Source of the DNA: Octopus vulgaris
Lineage: Eukaryota
Direction: 5' to 3'
DNA length: 64,000 nucleotides
Assembly: GCA_951406725.2 (NCBI GenBank)
Contig: OX597818.1
Location: 117,490,001 to 117,554,000 of the forward strand
Position 1 is the first letter of the stretch. Every line of letters starts with the position of its first letter. This document shows positions 11,980 to 25,860 of this stretch, piece after piece. The translations under genes were made by a program, and so were the position numbers. The notes below the pieces were generated by a model. The model made no database searches. It saw nothing but the letters and a program-made list of their open reading frames with translations, and was not told the DNA's origin.

Positions 11980-12343
11980 CAGACGTGGACAAATATAGAA
12001 ATCCTGTTTGCTAAACGTATGTCTGTAAGTTGAGCTGTCCTCAAGATGTATGCTTCTAAAACTTGTGGTTTGAAGAAACTTCTCTCAGATTTATAGGATA
12101 AGCACACAAGAAAGTTAGACCATTTTAATATGTGATGTATACATACATGCACACAAACATAAATACACACACTCACATATGTTTGTATATATATATATAT
12201 AAAGAAATAAAATGAGACAACAAAACTAAGAAGTTATAGGACATTTATAAAGAGAAATGTAATCTTACAGCTGTTTCTGAGATAGTAGGAATATCTCTTT
12301 ATCAGAGACGATATGAGAGTTCTCATAACTAGAGGGAAATAAT

Positions 12344-12911
<568 letters not shown>

Positions 12912-12920
12912 ATGGTATAT

Positions 12921-13263
12921 GAAGGCGCATGGCTCAGTCGTTAGAGCGTCGAGCTTACGATCGTGAGGTTGTGAGCTCGAATCCCGGACCGGGCTGCGTG
13001 TTGTGTTCTTGAGCAAGACACTTTATTTCACGTTGCTCCAGTTCACTCAGCTGTAGAAATGAGTTGCGACGTCACAAGTGCCAAGCTGTATCGACCTTTG
13101 TCTTTCCCTTGGATAACACTGGTGGCGTGGAGAGGGGAGGCCGGTATGCATGGGCGACTACTGGTCTTCCATAAAACAACCTTGCCCAGACTTGTGCCTC
13201 AGAGGGTAACTCTCTAGGTGCAAACCCATGGTCACTCATGACCGAAGGGGGTCTTTACCCTTT
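12921..13263 (+). mobile_element. tRNA-derived CORE-type SINE (head B plus tail W), full length with TSD
   Basis: GGCGCATGGCTCAGTCGTTAGAGC (A box), GCTCGAATCCC (B-box-like), GTGTTCTTGAGCAAGACACTT (CORE-like); TSD TAATGGTATAT at 12910-12920 and 13264-13274. Confidence 0.93.
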
Positions 13264-13411
13264 TAATGGTATATTCTGTTAATTACAATATAAAGTTCGT
13301 CCACCTGTGCTATCCAGTAGTAGTATTATACGTACTTCAAAGTTTGCATTTGGGTTTCTGTCGTGTGTGAATAGAAAACTGAAACACATTGGAGTCAACA
13401 AGAAGGGGTAC

Positions 13412-14141
13412 GGTTGGACCTTTATTTTTTAATCACTACTATTGTTTCCACGCAACGTAGTTCCACGTGTTCAAGTACTTGATTATGTAACCGTTTACCT
13501 GCATTATGAAATTTAGTCCTGTTTACTCAGGTGATATGTAAATACTGTTTCCGTAAATATAAATCTGCGGCGTGAAGAACATTGTCTCTACCCGTCTGAC
13601 TTAGCCTGAATTTAGTAGTAGTCACTGGGTTTACCCAGGTGTGTTGTTGCCGAACGACTGTTGGAAAACTGCTTTGATTTTTTAGATGTAGTGGGATGGT
13701 GATTCTGTTATTGTCAAATGGTTTCTGTTTTAAAGGGATTGGCATTTCATTTCTTTGTACTGCTGAGTTGTTCTTCATTGTTGGTTTCCCATGTGATTGC
13801 CCTTAGCTGGCCTTTAAGATCCAACGCTCGGACACATACACACGCACATGCGCACACAAACACAAAGACACACACTTGTACATATATATATACATTCTTA
13901 TACACATACATAGTGACTACAAGCTCACTGAGTACTACGAAATTTCTGCCACGGCAACAGAGAGGATGCTCTTGAAGCCGAGGATTTAAAAAACTTACGG
14001 AGACAATATTTATATATCGCCTGACGATACACAACTAGATCTCATAATGCAGCGAAATAGTTCCGTAATCAAATACCTACACACCTGGAGAACTACTTTG
14101 CGTGGAAACAATTGTAGTGATTAAAAAGTAAATGTCCAACC
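13412..14141. repeat. Diverged inverted repeat, arms of about 215-230 bp (13412-13626 and 13912-14141), PLE-like
   Basis: GGTTGGAC..TTTTTAATCACTAC.ATTGTTTCCACGCAA.GTAGTTC and further blocks align in reverse; hammerhead-like motif at 14081-14119. Confidence 0.8.
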
Positions 14142-15008
14142 TTATTGTTTTTTTTTATCGTGTGCTCGTGTGAATGAATATATTCTTTCTTACACTCATG
14201 CACACACACATTCGTGCACGCACACACACACACACACACGGAGGCGCGCACATTCTTAAAGAAACTAAACTCAGGGAATTATTTTTAATAGACATCATTA
14301 TAGTTTTCATCAAGTTACCAGCGCTCAATCGACAACGGTAACCCAGTAGAATTCATGGTGTGTGTCCGCATGTTGAAGAGACGTTTGACAGGAACATAAA
14401 TAATATTTCAACGTTATCGAGAAAACAGAAAGAAAAAAACAACAACAACAAGAGCAACAGCAACAACAACAAGATACATCTATTTTATTATCATTGTTTC
14501 GATATATAACATTACATTGTAATATTACACACCTTCCTTATTCAAAAAGCTAAACTATCTAGAGACAGGAATGAATAACAACAATATAAAGATATGTAAT
14601 AAACGTTTTGGCGACAAAATTTAGCTCAAGGTATCTAGTAACGACACGTTACTGTTGTGGATCTCATAAATGACTCATGATAAACATCCAGACAGACGAG
14701 GACCGAGCAATCATATTTATTAAGATAATCAAATATTCAATAAACCAACAAATAAAATGTGGTTTTTGTGTAGATGAATGTTAATAATGTCATTGCCGTT
14801 GACTTTACGTGTCACGATAATGTAAACTGGTGTATTTTGATATCAGTTCCTTATTCTTTCTCTCTCTCTCCCCCTCTCTCTCACTTCTCTCGCTCTGTCT
14901 CACGCACGTCGTATTTTTCACTCCTCTATATACACCTCACTCCTACCCGTATATGATTGATATACATACATAACAAAACATAAAATATAATATAATATGA
15001 TATGTATG

Positions 15009-15043
<35 letters not shown>

Positions 15044-15047
<4 letters not shown>

Positions 15048-15432
15048 GCAGGAGTGACTGTGTGGTAAGTAGTTCCAGGTTCAGTCCCACAGCGTGGCAC
15101 CTTGGGCAGATGTTTTCTACTATAGCCTCGGGCCGACCAAAGCCATGCGAGGGGATTTGGTAGAAGGAAACTGAAAAGAAGCCCGTCGTATATATATATA
15201 TATATATATATATGCGTGTGTGTGTGTGTGTGTATGTATATATATATGTTTGTGTGTCCGTGTTTGTCCCCCCAACATCGCTTGACAACCGTTGCTGGTG
15301 TGTTTACGTCCCCGTCACTTAGCGGTTCGCCAAGAGAGTCCGATAAAATAAGTACTAGGCTTACAAAGAATAGGTTCTATTTCGATTTGCCCGACTAAAG
15401 GCGGTGCTCCAGCATGGCCGCAGTCAAATGAC
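15044..15432 (+). mobile_element. SINE family A, nearly full length
   Basis: Matches family A; tail cut at CAAATGAC where it fuses with an opposite-strand family E element. Confidence 0.92.
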
Positions 15433-15497
15433 TTGGGGAAATTTCGAACCTGGGTTCTCATTCCTACATAATTTTTTGCTGTTATTATCATTATTAA

Positions 15498-15529
<32 letters not shown>

Positions 15530-15611
15530 TCACTACTAGTATTCGAACTCGGAATCTTGGTGTTAGTAGCCCACGCTCTTAACCGCTACGTCATATGCCC
15601 ATGAGCATATG
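15433..15611 (-). mobile_element. SINE family E (tRNA head plus (AAT)n), 3' truncated
   Basis: Reverse complement aligns with 35990-36313: GGGCATATG.CG.AG.GGTTAAGAGCG...CCGAGTTCGA...ACCTGAA[microsatellite]TAGGAATGA.AACCC.GGTTCGAAATTTCCCCAAG. Confidence 0.88.
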
Positions 15612-15940
15612 AAGTTTGCCTGAGTAACCCATTTGGATCTTCTCTGTGTGTCCATACGAACCCATAGCCACGGAAAAAAATGCTATTATTGTAGAAGTCT
15701 ATCAACTGTGATTTTGCATATCTGATGGATCTCACTGCATTAATTTAACTAAGATCATTGCTACTGTCATGTTGCTATGATTTTCATCTTAAATTGATAT
15801 ATCTATTTACTTTATTTACTTCTATTTACTTTAGCTTTTTACTCATTTCTCTGTCAACAATAGGCCTATAGTTCCATTCCGTCTTACATCATAAGCGCTC
15901 AACTTCTGTGCTCGTCTACTCTCTAGTGTACTTTTCACAC

Positions 15941-16198
15941 TTTTTTACTTTTTTATTTGTTTCAGTCATCTGACTGTGGCCATGCTGGAGCATCGCCTTT
16001 AGTCGAGCAAATCAAACCCAGAACTTATTCTTTGTAAGCCTAGTACTTATTCTATCGGTCTCTTTTGCCGAACTGCTAAGTTACAGGGCCGTAAACACCC
16101 CAGCATTGGTTGTCAAGCGATGTTGGGGTGGGGACAAATACAGACACACAAACATACATATACACATACACACACAATGACACACACACACACACACC

Positions 16199-16241
<43 letters not shown>

Positions 16242-16407
16242 GTGCGACGGGCTTCTTTCAGTTTTCGTCTACCAAATCTACTCGCAAAGCTTTGGGTGGC
16301 CCGAAGCTATAGTAGAAGACACTTGCCCAAGGTGCCACGCTGTGGGTTGAACCCGGAACCATGTGGTTCGTAAGCAAGCTACTTACCACACAGCCACTCC
16401 TTCACCT
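15941..16407 (-). mobile_element. SINE family A, full length
   Basis: All modules present with central (CA)n(TA)n. Confidence 0.93.
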
Positions 16408-17329
16408 ATAGGATCTAAACAAAATACTATGAAGGTATGGTGTCAACCATGTATGCTCAATTGAGACTTTTATTTCCTTTATGTAAGTATCATTGTTTTA
16501 TTATGTCATTTGCTTCCAATTTATTTTCCACCGGACGGTCTTCATGTCATCAACCGCCTTACAGAATGAAGTAAACATATTCTATCATGTCAGCAACACA
16601 TGCGAGGAGTTTCACAGGGAAATAAAGTTATCTCCAGGGCAATAGATAAACAGAAAAGTTTACCTACCAAGCTTATATTTTATAATCTAATAAAACAACG
16701 GCAGTTGGAACTAAGTTAACATGAGAGACTGAGAAATGGCAGCTGGGATTATGTTGTGGCGGATAGGAGTGCTGAGCGGCCGGGCAGTTTACATCATTGT
16801 TTATTTATAATATATTGATAAATAGACAATGGTATCCGTTGTATTAATAGAATCTCTGTCAAATCGAACATTGCGTGTCAGGCACAGTCAGATATTTATA
16901 GTAAAAATAATTACACACAGTTAATATAGAGATGAATGGGAGAAATATTAAGGAAGATGATAATGATGATGATAACAGCAACCAAAGAACAAGGTAAAAA
17001 ACATCAACAACGGCATAATCAGCAACAGCAAATAATATTCCTTTCGACTACAGGCACAAGATCTAAAATTTCGCGGGAAGAAGGAAGGCACTTGCATCAA
17101 CTCGTGTGCATAACTGGTACAAATTTTATTGGCTACGAAAGGATAACGGGCTAAGTCAACCTCGGTGGTATTTGAACTCGCAATGTAAAGACGGACGAAA
17201 TGGTAATGAGCTTGTTGGCCGACGTACAAATGATTCAGCTAGCAGCTCCCCTTTCTGACTATTACTACTACTACTACTACTACTACGACTACTACTACTA
17301 CGACTACGACTACTACTACTACTACTACT

Positions 17330-17522
17330 ACAATAGGCACCAGGCTTTAAATTTTGGAGGAGGAGACCAGTCGATCACATCGTCCCCAGTACGCAACTGG
17401 TACTTAATTTATCGACCCGAAGAGGATGAAAGGCAATGTCGCCCCCGGCAGAACGTAGCGGCAAATGAAATACGCTAAGCATTTCGCCCGGCGTGCTTAC
17501 GATTCTCCCAGCTCGCCGCCTT
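17330..17522 (-). mobile_element. SINE family D variant (an older relative lies at about 17050-17235)
   Basis: ACTGGTACTTAATTTATCGACCC..AGGATGAAAGGC...GCATTTCGCCCGGCGTGCT...CCAGCTCGCCGCCTT. Confidence 0.85.
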
Positions 17523-17566
17523 AATAATAATAATTATGATGATGATGATAATAATAAATAATAATG

Positions 17567-17631
<65 letters not shown>

Positions 17632-17632
<1 letters not shown>

Positions 17633-18185
17633 CCCTGATGCAGTACCAGGCAGTGACTCTCATGGCTTCTGATCTTAACTGATTGGAAGTGTTATCACGT
17701 ACATTGTTTTGTCTTGGTATAAAAGATGGGCTACAGCAAATATTCTGCTCAATACCACAGATTTGCTTGTCAGTTGTTTGACCTTAACCAGTTGAGCATG
17801 TCCCTTAGTGGCTGACGATATGTGCATCTCTGATCACGAGCAGAAGTAGTGGGGGAGCATCATAGCCATGTGTTGAGAGGGATTCTTTGGGGTTTGAATA
17901 ATTCACCTCTGGAAACATGGGTGGTTCTTTCAACATCCTTAAACAACCCTTATTCAGGGACCGTTTGAGCGGGATGGGCTACTCAACCTGGAGAAAATTC
18001 TAACTGGACCCCACCTGCAAGGTCATGTGCTGTTTATCTTGATATGAGATCACTATGTCGCGCACATATGGTTGTGATGCATGTGCCTGGTGTACCCTTA
18101 TCAGACGGGTAGTCATGATGGGTATATTGGGCTTCGTATATTTTACCCCAGTGTCACTTTGATGGCATGAACTGCTCTCTCACTC
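17632..18185 (+). mobile_element. 554-bp non-coding interspersed element embedded in (AAT)n
   Basis: Flanked by (AAT)n on both sides; inverted full copy at 18618-19172 and partial copy at 60109-60304. Strand is nominal. Confidence 0.88.
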
Positions 18186-18251
18186 AATAATAATAATAAT
18201 AATAATAATAAAAAATAATAATAATAATAAATATTATTATTATTATTATTA

Positions 18252-18530
18252 GGACGCATGGCGTAGTTGCTAGGGTGTTTCACTCAGGTTCGTGAGATCG
18301 TGGTTTCAATTCATTGACCGGGTGGTGCAGTGAATTCTTGAGCAAAACACATCATCTCACGTTGCTTTGCGATCACTTCCACTCCTGACACATGGTACAC
18401 CGTGCACCTGTTCAGCCAACGCCGATTTGATGGAGAGGGGGTGAGCTAAAGTACATCACATACATTTGGTCACTATACACAAATCATTTGTACAGGTCGT
18501 TCGGGAAAAGAAGCTTCGACAGGAGAATCC
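18252..18530 (+). mobile_element. Diverged tRNA/CORE-type SINE (head B with another tail)
   Basis: GGACGCATGGCGTAGTTGCTAG...GGTTTCAATTC...TTCTTGAGCAAAACACATCATCTCACGTTGCT. Confidence 0.75.
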
Positions 18531-18531
18531 A

Positions 18532-18616
<85 letters not shown>

Positions 18617-18617
18617 G

Positions 18618-19172
18618 TAGTGAGAGAGCAGTGCATGCCATCAAAGTGACACTGGGGTAAAATATATGAAGCCCAGTATACTCATCATGACTACCCGCCT
18701 GATAAGGGTGCACCAGGCACATGCATCACCACCATATATACACGACATGGTGATCTCATATCAAGATAAACAGCACATGACCTTGCAGGTGGGGCCCAGT
18801 TAGAATTTTCTTCAGGTTGAGTAGCCCATCCTGCTCAAAAGGCCCCTGAATAAGGGTTGTTTAAGTATGTTGAACGAAACACTCATGTCTCTAAGGATGC
18901 TTTATTCAAACCCCAAAGAATTCCTCTCAACACATGGCTATGATGCTCCCCCACTACTTCCGCTCGTGATCAGAGATGCACATATCCTCAGCCACTAAGG
19001 GATATGCTCAACTGCTCATGGTTAAACAACTGACAAGCAAATCTGTGGTATTGAGCAGAATATTTGCTGTAGTCTATCTTTTATACCAAGACAAAACAAT
19101 GTACAGGATAGCACTTCCAATCAGTTAAGATCACAAGCCATGAGAGTCACTGCCTGGTACTGCACTATGGGT
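18618..19172 (-). mobile_element. Second copy of the 554-bp (AAT)n-embedded element
   Basis: Reverse complement of 17632-18185 over its full length with scattered substitutions; (ATT)n on both sides. Confidence 0.9.
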
Positions 19173-19178
19173 ATTTAA

Positions 19179-19211
<33 letters not shown>

Positions 19212-20529
19212 CATTATTATATACCATAGCAGCGGCTCTGGGTCTACTTATAAAGCAAAAGTTCATGTTATGATCTCAGAGTCGCATATACCGCATAATC
19301 TCGTTTAAATGGAGGGAAAATGTTTTGTGAGATTCAGTTTGAAATTTTCTAGGGGAAATGCTATCTTATAAATAGAGTCTAGTGTTGAGAATAAATATTC
19401 TTTAAGGTATTCTGAAAAATATAATTTCGGGTCATAAACCGAAGGTAAACTGCATCTTTGATTACTACCGTATGAAATTGACAGAAACTATTGATATTTA
19501 ATCAATGATGTATCTATTTATTCCCAACACGTTCTAGCATGCTATTCGCTGTTGCATTTTTTCCTTCTAGGAACAACCCCCTTTAGACAATGATCATTGA
19601 CATTCTCAATGTCACTGAAACCAGTTCAGTCAGCATACAACGTCTAAAGGGTAAAAGTGTTCCCCTCGAAGGCTCTTGAAGGTTTATGCAACAAGGAACA
19701 ACTTATTGAAGTTGAAATCTCTTGGAACGTGTTAAGAATGAGTATATGTGTATATTCGTTTTGACTCGCAAACGTGCGTGTTCACAATAATTTAATATTA
19801 ATATTTATTTCTGATGCTGCTATTTTAAGACTGCATTAACGAATATATATTTGCCTCACACACGCTAGTTTTCAGCTGGAAATAATTTCTTTTTCTAAAA
19901 AAAGACTGGGCGTGTTTTGTTGTATTTTATTTTTAGAACGAGTTCATACGGTAATTAGTCAATGCATTGTTTTAAATGGTTCGCTCATGCAATTTCTAAT
20001 TCCGTTTTCAATAAGGGTCAAGGCATAATAATAGAGATTAGAATAAGGAGAAAACCGAACATTTTAATAAGCGAGTAGCCGTATTCAAAGAGAATATACG
20101 GAATGAATACGTGTACGAGTGCCATTCACATGTTTTTTTAAAACGATTTTGTGGAGGGCAGGTTATGTAGACACTTTGGTAAACATAAAACAAGGTCTTG
20201 ATGTGCTTCGAATTGGTTCGTACATTTCGAATACACACACACACAAACACAGACAAGCACATACACACGCGTGCACACACGCATACATACGCATACAAGA
20301 CAAGCCAGGGTCTTTCACATTTCTGTCGGATTTTTAGGGGTGCCGTCGTGACATACGCCATGTATTAAGCAGTTTAAATCTCTCCGCGCCCATCAGTTTG
20401 GAAGACTGACTATAGTCGAATTCTTCCAGAAATTTAGAAATAAAAGAGGACACAGACTGAACGGAAGCGTTTCAAACAACATCGACTCCAGCACAGAAAT
20501 GGTGCACAGAAACCAACCTTTCAGTTACT

Positions 20530-20761
20530 TATTTCTTTACTACCCGCAAAGGGCTAAACATAGAAGGGACAAACAAGGACAGACAAAGGGATCAGATCGA
20601 TTAGATCGACCCCAATGCGTAACCGTACTTTATTTATTGCCCCCGAAAGGATGAAAGGCAAAGTCGACCTCGGCGGGATTTGAACTCAGAATGTAACGGC
20701 AGACGAAATATCCGTAAGCATTTCGCCCGGCGTGCTAACGTTTCTGCCAGCTCGCCGCCTT
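20530..20761 (-). mobile_element. SINE family D, full length
   Basis: Highly similar to 1450-1681. Confidence 0.92.
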
Positions 20762-21289
20762 ATACATATATATATACATATATACATACGCATACACATA
20801 TACACATACATATATACTATTCATTTAGTTCATCATGTACAGATACGTGTGTATACATCATTATTTATTCAATTTTAGAAAAATGTGAAACATGTCTCTG
20901 ACAGTTTCAGAGAGTGTTGAACTTATGTTGTGCGAGACTTTTGGCCCATCCTCTGTCTCTCACTATTCTCCCTCTCTCTTCTTTCTCCCCCTTCTCTCTC
21001 TCTCTCTCTTTATATATATCAGAGAAAGAGAGAAAGAGAAAGAAAACTATAGATATATAGATACACCTTTCCTATCCAAGGCGCACCCTACATATAACGT
21101 TTGAATAAAGACGTTAATAATACAACAATATTTGATGACGATGAAACGCTGTAGTGAGCGAGTATCTGTGGTTCTCTAGTCTTGATATTTCAGAACACAA
21201 AATTACCAAATTTTATTTAAGGAGAGCAAAGTATGTATGTATGCTGTGTGTGTGTGTGTGTGTGTGTATGTGTTTGTCTATACACACAC

Positions 21290-21344
<55 letters not shown>

Positions 21345-21346
<2 letters not shown>

Positions 21347-21589
21347 TAATAATAAATATTAGGGAATAAATCCAAACTTACAGGGAAAAATCAGATTTAG
21401 GATTGAATCCAATTTTATAGTAAAATATTATATTATATTAAATTAGAGATAAAACTACTATTAGGCAAATCATACATCGTAGTGTTATATTAATTATATT
21501 TTTTTAATAATTTTGTTATATATTTAAATCTTATGTATTGCCTTAAGTTTTTCATTGTATGATTTGCCTAATAGTGGTCTTATATCTAA

Positions 21590-21598
<9 letters not shown>
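21345..21598. mobile_element. AT-rich repeat inside (AT)n with an internal inverted repeat
   Basis: Arms 21434-21476 and 21556-21598; TCCAAACTTACAGGGAAAAA also at about 63794. Confidence 0.6.
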
Positions 21599-21649
<51 letters not shown>

Positions 21650-22394
21650 TAGGGCGTGAATGGTAATGATACGTGACGATAACCATCCAGGAAGTTTATT
21701 CAAGATACACCTTCCTGAGACAGTTTATTACTGGTTTACCTTATTACTATTTCACTATTTCTTGTTGTTGTCGTTGTTGTTGATATTGTTGTTGTTAATA
21801 CTCTCGTAGTGTGAGGATACATTTTTTTCATCCTTCATTTAAAAATTGTTTCAGCAGTGCCAACTAAAAATTTCTTTGAAGTAATTGGAAAATGACATAT
21901 AATGGCCTGAGGAGCTGCTGAACTCGATATCAGTTACTAGGCAGCATAAAAAAAAATGAGATATATTTTGCAAATATTTAAAAGTTTATTTACAATTTTT
22001 CTGTTCAAAATAGCCTGACACAAATAACTATGCTACATAGAAAAATATCGAAGTAGTATTTAAAAACCCACACCATCAATTCACATTATTGAATATAAAA
22101 GGCAAAGAGGAAAATGAACGATTTAGTGATCGTTCAGAAGATATATATATACCCCCAAAATACTCAAATAATGTTTTGAGGATCACGGTGTCAATATCAA
22201 CAATAATAACAGTACCAACTCCGTCTTTGGTAAGTTCATTTGCAACTGTGTGAAAAGAAACCTCCACTCAACACTAATTAGGCAAATGTTTGAAACTATT
22301 ATAACTGCTTGACAAAAACCGGTGTTAAAATTTTGTAAAATTCAACCGAATTTCTTTGTCACAAGAACTGATACAAGAGAAGAAGATACGTTCG

Positions 22395-22431
<37 letters not shown>

Positions 22432-24432
22432 TGATGATAAAGGTCCAGTATTACAAATATTGTATATGCATACATTTATGATACTTATGTTCGTGTGTGT
22501 GTGTTTGCGTGTGTCTCTATATATGTATATTAGACTGTAAGGCGTAATGTAATCATTAATGAAAATGGGACTCCTATTCAATATCTGTTCATAAAATGCT
22601 CATAAAATACGGTCTTCTAAGCTATATAGAAATTAAAGGTTAAATAATTTCAGGTTTGACAAGTATCGCTTTGAAAATGACCTCGAACTAACTTGTACTT
22701 GACGCTATTATTACATCTTGAAGTACATTGATTAGTGTCTGTACTTTAAATTTTGAGACGTAAAATCGAGCAAAATTGCCTGTACATAATTATTATTTTT
22801 TAAAAATTAAGAATAAAAGCAAATGCTATTAATATGTATTTGGTATATGTAGTTTGTGCTAACTCTGTGTAGGAGGGAAGTGTTTCTGTAATTAATTATA
22901 AAAATGTTTAGCTTCGGTTGTTGGAATGTTTCAGTTAACGGGTGGATTATACTAATTCACAAATCTCTTTCCAGAAATTGTGGGTGTTAGACACAGCTTT
23001 TACAATCTGCTTCGTTGTAATAGTCGAGTGATCCATTAAAAACCCGTTCATTCGAAGATAAAGTAGATTGTCATAAGGAAATATTTTAACAAAATTGTTA
23101 ATAGTATTTTAGGGTGGTTACATGATTAATAAAAGTATTTTTTACTTTTCATTTTATTGTGGTTGCTATTTTTGTAGGGTGCATATTGCGAGATAAGTAG
23201 CTTTACATTGACGTCAAGAACATTAACTATATTTAAATGAGCTTCCATTGCTTCAGAAAAACGAATTTTTGAAGAAGTTATGACAGTTCTTAAGTAAACT
23301 ATCAGTAGCTTAGTGGTTGACGTTAAGCAGTCAAAACTACTCACTTTCCCTCGTACCATAGAACAACAAATTTTTGCGGACATTACGACCAGGAACACCA
23401 ATGAAAATATTTTGATCCCATACTTCGCTGGGGACTGTGTACTACTTCTTGATTATATAAAACTATAATTTATTTTTGGCATATAAACTAAAGCAATTAT
23501 TCGTATAAAATTGAATATAATATCATAGTCTGTGTTCTGATTAATGTCATAGATTTTGCATGTTTACATAAGCTTCAAGAATATGTTGAAATTAAACCAG
23601 TATAATGCTATCAATGTAAGACGCGAAGAATTGGCATTTGTTTCTTTATCCTTAATAGAATTCAACAATTTTGTAAATGGGCCAGTGTTATTTCGAACGA
23701 ATACGTGTGATTTGAGCATCATTTTTGGAAAAGGAATCTAACAGGTTTCCATTAATGATACTTAAATCGGTTTAAGAAGAGTTAATGCTTGTTGTTGAAG
23801 GAGAGCTAATAAAATGAAATTTGTGAGACTAAAACGTAAAAAAATGTAGTGGTACTTGTCTTATGCGTATAGATATTGACAAGAATATATATACACGCTA
23901 TTGTGCGCGTCAATCCAATTTTCATTCTCTTTCTTACATACAATAACTTACACATATGTATGTATATGCATACATACACATATACACATATGCTCATAAG
24001 CATAGGTGCACATACAAAGACTCAGGCACGAAAACAAACACGTAAATATCTGAAACACACACAAGTGTGTGTGTGTGTTTATGTGTGTGTATGAATGAGT
24101 GTGTGTGTCTTTAGAACATATACACATACACATATGTTGAGGCGTTCACGTGGATGTGAAGTACATTGCGTTTTGTTGTTTGAGACAAGAATGATATAAA
24201 GCTACAAAAAATCTTTGCGAAGCCATAACATTTATTTCGATGAATAAGCTTTCTTGCTTCTCTGTTCTTACATAAGAAATTGATTCTGAGGATCGAAAGG
24301 GAAGACTAAGATTTCCCGTGGGAACCCGCCGTGTATATCCATAATGAATTCATAGCAATGGGAAAGAAAACACATTATGCGTATTTAATAAATCACATAT
24401 AGATTTAATATACATACATATACATACATCTT

Positions 24433-24477
<45 letters not shown>

Positions 24478-25104
24478 GCACATATATATAAGTATGAATA
24501 TACACATATATAGTTTAGTAACAATGAACATGTAAACAGACATATTTACTTATCTACTTCCTCACTATATTTCTTACGTATTGTGTATTTATTTATTTAT
24601 ATATTTGTGTATTTATTTATTTATTTTTTTTTATTTATTATCGCGGCTCATTTGTTGCTCTGCTGTTAAGAATTTTGCTTTAAATGGCCTAGTTATATTA
24701 TTAACCCTATAGCCCAACAGTTTCTAGAAGCAAGTTCTATCATCCATAGCAAGCATTCTCAAAATGTAGGCCTCCGTCGGAAGACCTGTACTTGTGTTCG
24801 TGTGGTATAAGTATTTCATGGTACAGCTGAAGGCTGTCACGCAAGTATATTATATAAGTATCGAATCTTTTTGAACCATAGCGCAAAAATCTACCTTGTC
24901 GTTTGAAGTGTTAGAAATCTTAATCAGTTATTCTGAATTTACACATTACTGTCTCCACAAAAGTAAAGTTTTACACGATAATGTAACTCTAAATAATATC
25001 CGTTCCAATAATATACGAGATGGTTACTATTGCGCAATGTTTTATCATAAATCAGCTGACACAGATTTGAAATGCGCCTGAATAATAACTCGAAAAGACA
25101 TACA

Positions 25105-25488
25105 CTTTACTCTCTTTTACTTGTTTCAGTCATTTGACAGTGGTCATGCTGGAGCACCGCCTTTAGTCGAGCAAATCGACCCTAGGATTTATTCTTTGTA
25201 AGCCTAGTACTTATTCTATCGGTCCCTTTTGCAGAACCGCTAGGTTACGGGGACGTAAACATACCAGCATCGGTTATCAAGCGATGTCGGGGGAATAAAC
25301 ACAGACACACAAACATACATATATACGAAGGGCTTCTTTCAGTTTCCCTCTACCAATCCACTCACAAGGCTTTGGTCGGCTCGAGTTTATAGTAGAAGAC
25401 AATTGCCTAAGATGCTACGCAGTGGGATTGAACCCGGAACCATGTAGTTCGTATGCATGTAACTTACCACACAGCCACTCCTACACCT
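25105..25488 (-). mobile_element. SINE family A, full length with short central repeat
   Basis: All modules present. Confidence 0.93.
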
Positions 25489-25491
25489 ATT

Positions 25492-25860
25492 GATAATTTG
25501 GAAATTCACAATGTAAGGTGCTAAAGGTCTCAACATAGCCATTAAGACAGAGGAGCAGATACTACAACAGTTTCAATTTCGAGGGCCCCCACAGCTCTTT
25601 AGTAGTCTACGAGATATGCATAGGGTGGATGTAAGAATCTTCAAAACGAAACTTAATCTCCTTCTGTCAAGAGTTCCGGATGAACCTACCTGGCGGTAGG
25701 AAACACCAAGTGAGGGCAGCAACATCAAACTCCCTCATTTACCAAATGCCACATCTCAGAAGAGGTTTCATGTAATGAACGTGTAGCAAAGCTAACGGCT
25801 GTGCACCAGCATGGCCACAGCCCACGAGATGAAACTAGTAACAGCGTATAAAAAGAGAGT
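25492..25860 (+). mobile_element. Decayed 3' end of a CR1/L2-group LINE (ORF2 C-terminus plus 3' UTR)
   Basis: Frameshifted translation YYNSF..GPQLFSSLRDMHRVDVRIFKTKLNLLLSRVPDEPT..RAATSNSL; homologous to 48221-48622; ends GCACCAGCATGGCCACAG...TGAAACTAGTAA. Confidence 0.8.

Noticed and set aside
12921-12990. tRNA-like sequences here and at 34739, 36000, 41890 and 53404
   Set aside because: They lack a complete acceptor stem and continue into SINE bodies, several with TSDs, so they are SINE heads rather than tRNA genes.
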